Source: Eledone cirrhosa
Taxonomy: Eukaryota
Reading direction: 5' to 3'
Assembly: GCA_964016885.1 (NCBI GenBank)
Contig: OZ024763.1
Location: 14,012,001 to 14,076,000, forward strand
Length of the DNA stretch: 64,000 bases
Every line of letters begins with the position of its first letter. The stretch's first letter is position 1. Under the pieces are notes generated by a model that saw only the letters and a program-made list of their open reading frames with translations, was not told the DNA's origin and did not search any database. Positions 37,823 to 51,960 of this stretch are shown in pieces. The position numbers and the translations under genes are program-made.

Positions 37823-38994
37823 TATATATGTGTGAGTGCATAAAATACACACATACTGACACACCTTTGATATGTCAGCACTTACACACACCCACAGACG
37901 CTACTTCAATAGGTCAGAACTTATGTCATTTGACAAACTGATGCCATTGTAATGGAACTAATTATAAAAGGAGAGGTGTGTTATGCCTACATCCATTTAT
38001 AAATATGTGTATGTATATATATACATATATATACCCTTGCAAGTAATATATATATATATAAATCAAGAAAGAAAGAAGAGTGACACGGTTTGCTATACAA
38101 AAAAGGTTTTTAATCACTTTGCTGACAATTGTTTCTCTGAACTGGTAGGTCTAGAGATCGCTACCCGCCTGTTTTCACGTCAATCGATCACCAATACATA
38201 GTTGTAACCAGTCAATTCATCAGAGCTAGCGAGAATGAAGGGAATACACAGGCATGGCTTCTATATATAGTCGAGACATTCAATCAGAACAATAACAACA
38301 ATACTAACAGTGCTAGCAATAAATTATTTGAAATAATCACAACATCAATCTAAGTAAGACATAGAGTCTACTTATGACTTTAGCATGTAAAACGAGCTGA
38401 TATGAGGCAGATGTATGAGATTGACATGTAAAAGCTGTCATGTGGTGTATTATATATAGTGTAGAGATAAGCCGGGGCTTTAAACAATGTACCATTTCCT
38501 TTACCGTAGGTTTGGTGACCGTAAGAATTATTTATTATCTGACAGATAAAATATTTATCTTTGTAGTGAGGATAGTAATTTTTGTGGTGTGAAGTGGATT
38601 CAATATTTATGTGGTCTATATTATATGAAGGGATTGTTAGTTTGAATCATGGGGTTGTTTAGTTTTCACATCATCAATAACATACATGTATAAGATAACA
38701 CTAACAGAGTAGCAATAGGTAAGTTAATACAGAGGTTAAGGAGGCTATATATATATATAGAGAGAGAGAGAAAACATGCTGACTACAATTATAACAACAG
38801 GAGGAAGGTGATGTTTTGCTGATTTATCATTACTCCAAGTGTAAACAACATAGAAATCACCGCGTACTCGCAGCATCACTATGGAAACGCCATGTTGAGT
38901 CAAACTTAGCCAAGCGTTGATACAATCCACTACTCGGAGTACCCTAACTGGACTACACCTAAGTGGACTACCTATAACAATAATCTGTTATCCC

Positions 38995-39023
<29 letters not shown>

Positions 39024-39027
<4 letters not shown>

Positions 39028-39200
39028 AACGAATAGGACCCCCGACGGCTGAGCTCAAGCCGTTTCGACGGCTAATTCAGAATTAGCCGTCGAAACGGCT
39101 TGAGCTCAGCCATCAGGGTCCTACTCGTTCCTATCACCCACTCTACTACCCTAAGTATTGAGTACTCTGGTGCGTTATGGTCCACCTGGTTCCTTACCAC
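39024..39200. repeat. Palindrome plus gtattgagtactctggtgc tail; related copies at ~53655-53797 and 56017-56192
   Basis: gagctcaagccgtttcgacggctaattc-a-gaattagccgtcgaaacggcttgagctc. Confidence 0.85.
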
Positions 39201-39371
39201 ATTTCCTTCATTATATATATCATCATCATCATCATCATCATCAACGTTTAACGTCCGTGTTCCACACTTGCATGGGTTTGGACGGGATATAAAGGTAGTA
39301 CACTGGAAGGTAATATCCGTAGTGGTAGAGCACTACCATGTGCCTACTATATATATATATATATATATATA

Positions 39372-40226
39372 TCTATACAATTATAGAAGTGTTCGGATTG
39401 CAAATGACCCAGTTAGCTAGGTTGAAAGAATACTAATTTAACATAATATGGTTTGCAAGTCTCGATTTAAAATAATAAATCAATAAAAATAACAAACCTA
39501 TATTGGCAATGGCCGTGATACCTGAACAAATTCTAAATCTGTTTGACAAATTTCAAATTTGTTTTGCAACAATTAAGTGAAAGTTACTATTCCTGTGCTC
39601 TTCTGCAGGTATCCAGAAATTGGTACCTTCCACTTCAAAATACTAGAAGACTGAGAAACGTGTTGTTGAACGCACGTGTGTCCCAGCACCTAACTCGTCT
39701 CATATCCGTGCCGCTAAAAATAGCAGTCGGTTTTATGGGACTAAAAAATTAGCTCAACGCATGGAGCCGTAAATATCAAATATTGAGTTATAAACTCGAA
39801 ATAGTCTTTTACAATTAAATAGCTCAAAGAAAGGAATATTTCTGAGCCGTGTAATACAAATGAATATAAGGGATGAACATCTATACAATTATAGAAGTGT
39901 TCGGATTGCAAATGACCAAGTTAACTTTCACTTAACTGTTGCGAAACAAATTTGAAATTTGTCCAGGTATCACGGGCATTGCCAATATAGGTTTGTTATT
40001 TTTATTGATTTATTATTTTAAATCGAGACTTGCAAACCATATTATGTTAAATTAGTATTGTTTCAACCTAGCTAACTTGGTCATTTGCAATCTGAACACT
40101 TCTATATTTGTATAGATGTTCATCCCTCTTATATTCATTTGTATTACACGGCTCAGAAATATTCCCTTCTTTGAGCTATTTAATTGTAAAAGACTATTTC
40201 GAGTTTATAACTCAATATTTGATATA
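39372..40226. repeat. Compound direct plus inverted repeat element
   Basis: 39372-39587 inverted at ~39921-40116; 39772-39920 inverted at ~40072-40225; ctatacaattatagaagtgttcggattgcaaatgacc repeated directly. Confidence 0.85.
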
Positions 40227-40243
40227 TATATATGTATATATAG

Positions 40244-40598
40244 TAGGCAAATGGCTTAAAAGGTTGTGAGTTCAATTCTCAGACCAGGTGATGTGGTTTC
40301 CTTGAGCAAGACACTTTATTTCACATTGCTCCAGTTTACTCAGCTGTAGAAATGAGATGATAGGACTGGGGTCCCTATCATTCCACTGCAAAGTGGTCAT
40401 GGAGTTGCCACGGCAAAAAAGCACCCAGCCCACACTGTAAAGTGGTCGTGTAGGCGCCACGGAAAAAAAAGCACCCAGCACTCACTGTAAATGAGGCTGG
40501 TATTAGGAAGGGCATCCAGCTGTAGAAATCAAGCCAGAATCAGTTCCCGTCACACCCTTGCAAGCAGGGAAAAGCGGACGTAAAAAGATGATGATGAT
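40244..40598 (+). mobile_element. SINE family A with duplicated internal 48-bp segment
   Basis: Two aagtggtc...aaaaaagcacccag units. Confidence 0.85.
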
Positions 40599-41202
40599 AT
40601 ATATATATATCCACCACTTCTATGGGTCCATCATGCCAGAATCAGTTCCCGTATGAGCAAGGCATGGTCAGCCGACCAGCTACTGCCCACAACAGAACAA
40701 CCAGTCTAACCCATGCTAGTGTGGAAGAACGGACGTAAAACGGTGATGCTGATGATGATATATATATATATATATATAGATATATGGTGGCTGCCAACTC
40801 GTTTTCGAGTACGGCCACTACCTTATATCCATGTAGGAGAACCCCTACTGATGCGCTGAACGAGTGTGACTTTTTAGTCCAGCCAGCGACATGAAAACTC
40901 TGGTACAAACACTACACTTGTGACAATTATTGACACATAGTGCTGGGCCCATGGTACCATGTGACGACAAGTGCAGAGATCTCCAGATACAAAGCAATGC
41001 CTGTGCCGTGAAGCTTTTATAGTGAGCTAAGGCACTGCACAAAGCCAGTCCCACTCTCTTAACCAAGATGATATTTACCAAAAAGAAGAACAAGTCAACA
41101 TCATTGGATACCATCAGAGTTGCAGGTGTTATATCAGAGTTTTCCTTCTCCTAGAATTCTGCCTTGACAAAGGCTAAGGGGTCATCTCTCCCGGTGATTT
41201 AC

Positions 41203-43156
41203 AGCCAGTCGTTGGGGGGCCACTGGTACAGCCAGACGTTGGGGTGCCACTCTGGATGTGCCACTGGGACAGCCAGTCGTTGGGGTGCCACTCTAGATGT
41301 GCCACTGGGACAGCCAGTGGTTGGGGTGCCACTCTAGATGTGCCACTGGGACAGCCAGTCGTTGGGGTGCCACTGGGACAGCCAGTCGTTGGGGTGTCAC
41401 TCTAGATGTGCCACTGGGACAGCCAGTCGTTGGGGTGCCACTCTAGATGTGCCACTGGGACAGCCAGTGGTTGGGGTGCCACTCTAGATGTGCCACTGGG
41501 ACAGCCACTCGTTGGGGTGCCACTGGGACAGCCAGTCGTAGGGGTGTCACTCTAGATGTGCCACTGGGACAGCCAGTCGTTGGGGTGCCACTCTAGATGT
41601 GCCACTGGGACAGCCAGTGGTTGGGGTGCCACTCTAGATGTGCCACTGGGACAGCCAGTGGTTGGGGTGCCACTCTAGATGTGCCACTGGTACAGCCAGT
41701 CGTTGGGGTGCCACTCTAGATGTGCCACTGGGACAGCCAGTCGTTGGGGTGCCACTCTAGATGTGCCACTGGGACAGCCAGTGGTTGGGGTGCCACTCTA
41801 GATGTGCCACTGGGACAGCCAGTCGTTGGGGTGCCACTCTAGATGTGCCACTGGGACAGCCAGTGGTTGGGGTGCCACTCTAGATGTGCCACTGGTACAG
41901 CCAGTCGTTGGGGTGCCACTCTAGATGTGCCACTGGTACAGCCAGTCGTTGGGGTGCCACTCTAGATGTGCCACTGGGACAGCCAGTTGTTGGGGTGCCA
42001 CTCTAGATGTGCCACTGGTACAGCCAGTCGTTGGGGTGCCACTCTAGATGTGCCACTGGGACAGCCAGTCGTTGGGGTGCCACTCTAGATGTGCCACTGG
42101 TACAGCCAGTCGTTGGGGTGCCACTCTAGATGTGCCACTGGGACAGCCAGTCGTTGGGGTGCCACTGGGACAGCCAGTCGTTGGGGTGTCACTCTAGATG
42201 TGCCACTGGGACAGCCAGTGGTTGGGGTGCCACTCTAGATGTGCCACTGGGACAGCCAGTCGTTGGGGTGCCACTGGGACAGCCAGTCGTTGGGGTGTCA
42301 CTCTAGATGTGCCACTGGGACAGCCAGTCGTTGGGGTGCCACTCTAGATGTGCCACTGGGACAGCCAGTGGTTGGGGTGCCACTCTAGATGTGCCACTGG
42401 GACAGCCAGTGGTTGGGGTGCCACTCTAGATGTGCCACTGGGACAGCCAGTCGTTGGGGTGCCACTCTAGATGTGCCACTGGGACAGCCAGTGGTTGGGG
42501 TGCCACTCTAGATGTGCCACTGGTACAGCCAGTCGTTGGGGTGCCACTCTAGATGTGCCACTGGTACAGCCAGTCGTTGGGGTGCCACTCTAGATGTGCC
42601 ACTGGGACAGCCAGTTGTTGGGGTGCCACTCTAGATGTGCCACTGGTACAGCCAGTCGTTGGGGTGCCACTCTAGATGTGCCACTGGGACAGCCAGTCGT
42701 TGGGGTGCCACTGGGACAGCCAGTCGTTGGGGTGTCACTCTAGATGTGCCACTGGGACAGCCAGTCGTTGGGGTGTCACTCTAGATGTGCCACTGAGACA
42801 GCCAGTCGTTGGGGTGTCACTCTAGATGTGCCACTGAGACAGCCAGTCGTTGGGGTGCCACTCTAGATGTGCCACTGGGACAGCTAGTCGTTGGGGTGCC
42901 ACTCTAGATGTGCCACTGGTGCAGCTAGTCATTGGGGTGCCACTCTAGATGTGCCACTGGGACAGCCAGTCGTTGGGGTGCCACTCTAGATGTGCCACTG
43001 GGACAGCCAGTCGTTGGGGTGCCACTCTAGATGTGCCACTGGGACAGCCAGTCGTTGGGGCTGGCACTCTAGATGTGCCACTGAGACAGCCAGTCGTTGG
43101 GGTGCCACTCTAGATGTGCCACTGGTGCAGCTAGTCATTGGGGTGCCACTCTAGAT
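41203..43156. repeat. GC-rich 41-bp minisatellite with 27-bp deletion variants, ~49 units
   Basis: ctgggacagccagtcgttggggtgccactctagatgtgcca. Confidence 0.95.
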
Positions 43157-43744
43157 ACTTCAAGTAAACTACAAATTCCTTCTACATATATATATAGATG
43201 CATGCATGTATATATACATATATATATATAGATGCATGCATATATATGTATACATATATGTACACACATATATATATATATGTATATTAATGTATTAGAC
43301 TACTAGACTTCAGGAATGTTAATGACTCTGCTTGCTCTATCAGATTAGTTCATTTCTAGGATGAAATGAAGAGAAACCAGGTCATATTTTATTTTAACAT
43401 ATACTAGCGTGGAAGATAGACGTTAAACGATGATGATGATGATGTTACAATCATACACACACATGTATTTATATACACACACATATGTATATACACACAC
43501 ACACACACATATGCGCACACGCACACACACACACATATATTTATATATATATATATATATATTTACATATATATTTATATATATATACATATATATTTAC
43601 ACATATATGTATAACAGCTCAATTAATAAATATATTTATAGATAGATAGATTTCTTTATTAGCCACAAGGGCGCAACAAGAAAGGGGACAATACACATAT
43701 ATGTATAACAGCTCAATTAATAAATATATTTATAGATAGATAGA

Positions 43745-44194
43745 TTTCTTTATTAGCCACAAGGGCGCAACAAGAAAGGGGACAATACAAAGACATGCCG
43801 GGGATTTTACATACAGTCGTGTAAAAAATATAAAAACAAACAATTTCAACAATCGAAATCCCCAATAGGGGGGAGGCGCCACAAATGGGTTGTTTAATAC
43901 CCCGTCGATAGAACAACCCTCAACTCAAGGAGCGTGTTGTGCAAGTGCTCCTTTCTTCCTTTTGCTCTCTTCCTCAACCTACAGGCTTATATACAGAGAA
44001 GGCCCAATCACTCGGGCCATTTTCGCTTCATTCACCCACCTTTCAGTAAATTTACTGGGGTGCAGTGCCTCTCTCTCCACCCTGATTCTCCTTCTAAAGT
44101 GATACTTAAAGAATGGAATCAATTGTTGTCCGGAGAGAAAGGCATCTGTCCTCAGTCCTCTCAACCTCGTCCACCATATAACTTCTTTCACCAT
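43745..44194 (-). mobile_element. L1/Tx1-like LINE 3' end flanked by (GATA)n
   Basis: VKEVIWWTR...FFKYHFRRRIRVERE...FTERW C-terminus; 3' UTR ending AATAAAGAAA(TCTA)n. Confidence 0.65.
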
Positions 44195-46245
44195 ATAGAT
44201 AGATAGACAGTTAGATAGATTCACTCAAGCATATACATATATATAAATATATTTATAGATAGATAGATTTCTTTATTAGCCACAAGGGCACACAAGAAAA
44301 GGGGACAATACAAATAAATATATTTATAGATATGTTTCTTTATTAGCCACAGGGGCACAAAAGAAGGGGACAAATACAAAGGGGGAAGTTTACATACAAT
44401 AAAAACGTGTAAAATGTTATCACAGATGGAATTTAAAAGTTAGTCGATTTTCCCCAATAGAGGGAGACAGTTTATATGGGTAACACATACCCCCGAAAAA
44501 AATGTGCAACCCTCATCTCCAGGAGTACGATAGATAGACAGTTAGTTAGATAGATTCACTCAAGCATATACATATATATAAATATATTTATAGATAGATA
44601 GATTTCTTTATTAGCCACAAGGGCGCACAAGAAAAGGGGACAATACAAAGAAATATATTTATAGATAGATAGATAGACAGTTAGTTAGATAGATTCACTC
44701 AAGCATATACATATACATAAATATATTTATAGATAGATAGATTTCTTTATTAGCCACAAGGGCACACAAGAAAAGGGGACAATACAAAGAAATATATTTA
44801 TAGATAGATAGATAGACAGTTAGTTAGATAGATTCACTCAAGCATATACATATATATAAATATATTTATAGATAGATAGATTTCTTTATTAGCCACAAGG
44901 GCACACAAGAAAAGGGGACAATACAAAGAAATATATTTATAGATAGATAGACAGTTAGTTAGATAGATTCACTCAAGCATATACATATATATAAATATAT
45001 TTATAGATAGATAGATTTCTTTATTAGCCACAAGGGCACACAAGAAAAGGGGACAATACAAAGAAATATATTGATAGATAGATAGATAGACAGTTAGTTA
45101 GATAGATTCACTCAAGCATATACATATATATAAATATATTTATAGATAGATAGATTTCTTTATTAGCCACAAGGGCACACAAGAAAAGGGGACAATACAA
45201 AGAAATATATTTATAGATAGATAGATAGACAGTTAGTTAGATAGATTCACTCAAGCATATACATATATATAAATATATTTATAGATAGATAGATTTCTTT
45301 ATTAGCCACAAGGGCGCACAAGAAAAGGGGACAATACAAAGAAATATATTTATAGATAGATAGATAGACAGTTAGTTAGATAGATTCACTCAAGCATATA
45401 CATATATATAAATATATTTATAGATAGATAGATTTCTTTATTAGCCACAAGGGCGCACAAGAAAAGGGGACAATACAAAGAAATATATTTATAGATAGAT
45501 AGATAGATAGTTAGTTAGATAGATTCACTCAAGCATATACATATATATAAATATATTTATAGATAGATAGATTTCTTTATTAGCCACAAGGGCGCACAAG
45601 AAAAGGGGACAATACAAAGAAATATATTTATAGATAGATAGATAGATAGACAGTTAGTTAGATAGATTCACTCAAGCATATACATATATATAAATATATT
45701 TATAGATAGATAGATTTCTTTATTAGCCACAAGGGCGCACAAGAAAAGGGGACAATACAAAGAAATATATTTATAGATAGATAGATAGACAGTTAGTTAG
45801 ATAGATTCACTCAAGCATATACATATATATAAATATATTTATAGATAGATAGATTTCTTTATTAGCCACAAGGGCGCACAAGAAAAGGGGACAATACAAA
45901 GAAATATATTTATAGATAGATAGATAGACAGTTAGTTAGATAGATTCACTCAAGCATATACATATATATAAATATATTTATAGATAGATAGATTTCTTTA
46001 TTAGCCACAAGGGCGCACAAGAAAAGGGGACAATACAAAGAAATATATTTATAGATAGATAGATAGACAGTTAGTTAGATAGATTCACTCAAGCATATAC
46101 ATATATATAAATATATTTATAGATAGATAGATTTCTTTATTAGCCACAAGGGCACACAAGAAAAGGGGACAATACAAATAAATATATTTATAGATAGATA
46201 GATAGACAGTTAGTTAGATAGATTCACTCAAGCATATACATATAT
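44195..46245. repeat. ~139-bp tandem array made of the LINE 3' terminus plus GATA/TA microsatellite
   Basis: tttctttattagccacaagggcgcacaagaaaaggggacaatacaaa...gattcactcaagcatatac, ~13 copies. Confidence 0.92.
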
Positions 46246-46796
46246 ATATACATATATATAATCTTTTTCATCCACTTATTTCTGGGAAGGTCGTGGCAGC
46301 TAAGCCCTCAAGCAGTCTTTCCAGAAGTTCCTGTTTACACAAACAGATATTCATTAACACTGATAGTGGTGTTAATGGATGTGTTGCTGTAAATATGTAT
46401 ATGTGTTGATGGATGTTGATGTAGTTGTTGCCTTATGTTTGCATGTATGTATGTATATATGTATGTATATGTGTGTATGTCTGTATGTATGTGTGTGTGT
46501 ATGTATATACGTGTGTATGTATATATGTATGTATGTATGAAAGTTAAATTTTTTGGCAACTTATCAATGGATGCTTGAATGTGGTGTAAAATTGTTAGTG
46601 TAGGGTTGGGGCATGATTAAACTAATTTAGATCAACAATTTTTGTAACCTAACACCACATCAGAAACTCAAAAATGTAGTATACCCCTAAATAACATAAT
46701 AATATTTACAAGATATCTAATTTAAAATTGTATAATATATTTGTGTTACATCTGGTAAATATTAACTAAAAATATATCCAGATGTTGTTTTTTTTA

Positions 46797-49700
46797 TTGA
46801 TTGACAAGATCTCAGGCCAAATGTGGTATAACTTGTCATATTGGACCAAGTAAACAATATTTCCATTGATCTTTCCATTACTCATACTGTCTGTCAGTCA
46901 CATCTGACAGAAGAAAGGAACTGATCATCAGATCAGACCAAGGAAACAATGTTTCTATTGGTCTTTCCATTACTGATACTATCTGTCAGTCACATCTGAC
47001 AGACGAAAGGAGCTGATCATCAGATCAGACCAAGGAAACAATGTTTCTATTGGTCTTTCCATTACTGATACTGTCTGTCAGTCACATCTGACAGAAGAAA
47101 GGAGCTGATCATCAGATCAGACCAAGGAAACAATGTTTCTATTGGTCTTTCCATTACTGATACTATCTGTCAGTCACATCTGACAGACGAAAGGAGCTGA
47201 TCATCAGATCAGACCAAGGAAACAATGTTTCTATTGGTCTTTCCATTACTGATACTGTCTGTCAGTCACATCTGACAGAAGAAAGGAGCTGATCATCAGA
47301 TCAGACCAAGGAAACAATGTTTCTATTGGTCTTTCCATTACTGATACTATCTGTCAGTCACATCTGACAGAAGAAAGGAGCTGATCATCAGATCAGACCA
47401 AGGAAACAATGTTTCTATTGGTCTTTCCATTACTGATACTATCTGTCAGTCACATCTGACAGACGAAAGGAGCTGATCATCAGATCAGACCAAGGAAACA
47501 ATGTTTCTATTGGTCTTTCCATTACTGATACTGTCTGTCAGTCACATCTGACAGAAGAAAGGAGCTGATCATCAGATCAGACCAAGGAAACAATGTTTCT
47601 ATTGGTCTTTCCATTACTGATACTATCTGTCAGTCACATCTGACAGAAGAAAGGAGCTGATCATCAGATCAGACCAAGGAAACAATGTTTCTATTGGTCT
47701 TTCCATTACTGATACTATCTGTCAGTCACATCTGACAGAAGAAAGGAGCTGATCATCAGATCAGACCAAGGAAACAATGTTTCTATTGGTCTTTCCATTA
47801 TTGATACTGTCTGTCAGTCACATCTGACAGAAGAAAGGAGCTGATCATCAGATCAGACCAAGGAAACAATGTTTCTATTGGTCGTTCCATTACTGATACT
47901 GTCTGTCAGTCACATCTGACAGAAGAAAGGAGCTGATCATCAGATCAGACCAAGGAAACAATGTTTCTATTGGTCTTTCCATTATTGATACTGTCTGTCA
48001 GTCACATCTGACAGACGAAAGGAGCTGATCATCAGATCAGACCAAGGAAACAATGTTTCTATTGGTCTTTCCATTATTGATACTGTCTGTCAGTCACATC
48101 TGACAGAAGAAAGGAGCTGATCATCAGATCAGACCAAGGAAACAATGTTTCTATTGGTCTTTCCATTACTGATACTATCTGTCAGTCACATCTGACAGAA
48201 GAAAGGAGCTGATCATCAGATCAGACCAAGGAAACAATGTTTCTATTGGTCTTTCCATTACTGATACTATCTGTCAGTCACATCTGACAGAAGAAAGGAG
48301 CTGATCATCAGATCAGACCAAGGAAACAATGTTTCTATTGGTCTTTCCATTATTGATACTGTCTGTCAGTCACATCTGACAGAAGAAAGGAGCTGATCAT
48401 CAGATCAGACCAAGGAAACAATGTTTCTATTGGTCTTTCCATTACTGATACTATCTGTCAGTCACATCTGACAGAAGAAAGGAGCTGATCATCAGATCAG
48501 ACCAAGGAAACAATGTTTCTATTGGTCTTTCCATTATTGATACTGTCTGTCAGTCACATCTAACAGAAGAAAGGAGCTGATCATCAGATCAGACCAAGGA
48601 AACAATGTTTCTATTGGTCGTTCCATTACTGATACTGTCTGTCAGTCACATCTGACAGAAGAAAGGAGCTGATCATCAGATCAGACCAAGGAAACAATGT
48701 TTCTATTGGTCTTTCCATTACTGATACTATCTGTCAGTCACATCTGACAGACGAAAGGAGCTGATCATCAGATCAGACCAAGGAAACAATGTTTCTATTG
48801 GTCTTTCCATTACTGATACTGTCTGTCAGTCACATCTGACAGAAGAAAGGAGCTGATCATCAGATCAGACCAAGGAAACAATGTTTCTATTGGTCTTTCC
48901 ATTACTGATACTATCTGTCAGTCACATCTGACAGAAGAAAGGAGCTGATCTTCAGATCAGACCAAGGAAACAATGTTTCTATTGGTCTTTCCATTATTGA
49001 TACTGTCTGTCAGTCACATCTGACAGAAGAAAGGAGCTGATCATCAGATCAGACCAAGGAAACAATGTTTCTATTGGTCTTTCCATTACTGATACTATCT
49101 GTCAGTCACATCTGACAGAAGAAAGGAGCTGATCATCAGATCAGACCAAGGAAACAATGTTTCTATTGGTCTTTCCATTATTGATACTGTCTGTCAGTCA
49201 CATCTGACAGAAGAAAGGAGCTGATCATCAGATCAGACCAAGGAAACAATGTTTCTATTGGTCGTTCCATTACTGATACTGTCTGTCAGTCACATCTGAC
49301 AGAAGAAAGGAGCTGATCATCAGATCAGACCAAGGAAACAATGTTTCTATTGGTCTTTCCATTATTGATACTGTCTGTCAGTCACATCTGACAGACGAAA
49401 GGAGCTGATCATCAGATCAGACCAAGGAAACAATGTTTCTATTGGTCTTTCCATTATTGATACTGTCTGTCAGTCACATCTGACAGAAGAAAGGAGCTGA
49501 TCATCAGATCAGACCAAGGAAACAATGTTTCTATTGGTCTTTCCATTACTGATACTATCTGTCAGTCACATCTGACAGACGAAAGGAGCTGATCATCAGA
49601 TCAGACCAAGGAAACAATGTTTCTATTGGTCTTTCCATTACTGATACTGTCTGTCAGTCACATCTGACAGACGAAAGGAGCTGATCATCAGATCAGACCA

Positions 49701-51666
49701 AGGAAACAATGTTTCTATTGGTCGTTCCATTACTGATACTGTCTGTCAGTCACATCTGACAGAAGAAAGGAGCTGATCATCAGATCAGACCAAGGAAACA
49801 ATGTTTCTATTGGTCTTTCCATTATTGATACTGTCTGTCAGTCACATCTGACAGACGAAAGGAGCTGATCATCAGATCAGACCAAGGAAACAATGTTTCT
49901 ATTGGTCTTTCCATTATTGATACTGTCTGTCAGTCACATCTGACAGAAGAAAGGAGCTGAGCATCAGATCAGACCAAGGAAACAATGTTTCTATTGGTCT
50001 TTCCATTACTGATACTATCTGTCAGTCACATCTGACAGAAGAAAGGAGCTGATCATCAGATCAGACCAAGGAAACAATGTTTCTATTGGTCTTTCCATTA
50101 CTGATACTATCTGTCAGTCACATCTGACAGAAGAAAGGAGCTGATCATCAGATCAGACCAAGGAAACAATGTTTCTATTGGTCTTTCCATTACTGATACT
50201 ATCTGTCAGTCACATCTGACAGAAGAAAGGAGCTGATCATCAGATCAGACCAAGGAAACAATGTTTCTATTGGTCTTTCCATTATTGATACTGTCTGTCA
50301 GTCACATCTAACAGAAGAAAGGAGCTGATCATCAGATCAGACCAAGGAAACAATGTTTCTATTGGTCGTTCCATTACTGATACTGTCTGTCAGTCACATC
50401 TGACAGAAGAAAGGAGCTGATCATCAGATCAGACCAAGGAAACAATGTTTCTATTGGTCTTTCCATTATTGATACTGTCTGTCAGTCACATCTGACAGAC
50501 GAAAGGAGCTGATCATCAGATCAGACCAAGGAAACAATGTTTCTATTGGTCTTTCCATTATTGATACTGTCTGTCAGTCACATCTGACAGAAGAAAGGAG
50601 CTGATCATCAGATCAGACCAAGGAAACAATGTTTCTATTGGTCTTTCCATTACTGATACTATCTGTCAGTCACATCTGACAGACGAAAGGAGCTGATCAT
50701 CAGATCAGACCAAGGAAACAATGTTTCTATTGGTCTTTCCATTACTGATACTGTCTGTCAGTCACATCTGACAGACGAAAGGAGCTGATCATCAGATCAG
50801 ACCAAGGAAACAATGTTTCTATTGGTCGTTCCATTACTGATACTGTCTGTCAGTCACATCTGACAGAAGAAAGGAGCTGATCATCAGATCAGACCAAGGA
50901 AACAATGTTTCTATTGGTCTTTCCATTATTGATACTGTCTGTCAGTCACATCTGACAGACGAAAGGAGCTGATCATCAGATCAGACCAAGGAAACAATGT
51001 TTCTATTGGTCTTTCCATTATTGATACTGTCTGTCAGTCACATCTGACAGAAGAAAGGAGCTGATCATCAGATCAGACCAAGGAAACAATGTTTCTATTG
51101 GTCTTTCCATTACTGATACTATCTGTCAGTCACATCTGACAGAAGAAAGGAGCTGATCATCTGATCAGACCAAGGAAACAATATTTCCATTGATCTTTCC
51201 ATTACTGATACTATCTGTCAGTCACATCTGACAGAAGAAAGGAGCTGATCATCAGATCAGACCAAGGAAACAATGTTTCTATTGGTCTTTCCATTACTGA
51301 TACTGTCTGTCAGTCACATCTGACAGAAGAAAGGAGCTGATCATCAGATCAGACCAAGGAAACAATGTTTCTATTGGTCTTTCCATTACTGATACTATCT
51401 GTCAGTCACATCTGACAGAAGAAAGGAGCTGATCATCAGATCAGACCAAGGAAACAATGTTTCTATTGGTCTTTCCATTACTGATACTATCTGTCAGTCA
51501 CATCTGGCAAAAAAAAAAGGATTCCTGATACTATCTACTGGCAGAAAAAGCAACGTGAAATAAAGTGTCTTGTTCAAGGACATAACACATCACCTGGTCC
51601 AGGTGGTCAAACTTGCAACCTCATGATTGCGAATCCAATTCTCTAACCACTAAGCCTTGTGCCTTA
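46797..51666 (-). mobile_element. SINE family B copy expanded by an internal 92-bp satellite (~50 copies, ~46845-51505)
   Basis: Flanks ttgacaagatctcagg and gtgaaataaagtgtcttgttcaagg...ctaaccactaagcc match the unexpanded copies at 7708-7945 and 17758-18013. Confidence 0.88.
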
Positions 51667-51792
51667 TAATTTAAGTTTTAACATCTGGATGTTAAAACTT
51701 AAATTCATTATCTAAAGTGCAATAAAAAAAATTATACACTCCTTTATCATGATCCTAAACTGACTCCAGAGCTAAAAAAAACAACCCCAGAC

Positions 51793-51960
51793 CAATGGCT
51801 TCCAAAGTGGGTTATGCAAAGGAGTGTCTAGGGTTCTGTGAAAAAAGTAGAGGAGTATATTTATATTACAACCATATAACAATATTAGGCATTGGGGTTC
51901 CCCAAAAAAAGTTTCTGAACCAAAAAGGGTTCTGCATTTCAAAAAGTTTGGGAAACCCTG
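51793..51960. mobile_element. hAT-Charlie-like MITE
   Basis: caatggcttccaaagt ... aagtttgggaaaccctg; imperfect 8-bp TSD ccccagac/ccctaaac. Confidence 0.55.

Noticed and set aside
46845-51505. Retrozyme-like tandem hammerheads (minus-strand CTGATGA...GAAACATTGTT)
   Set aside because: Stem I cannot form and stem II does not close next to the core; the unit is explained as SINE interior
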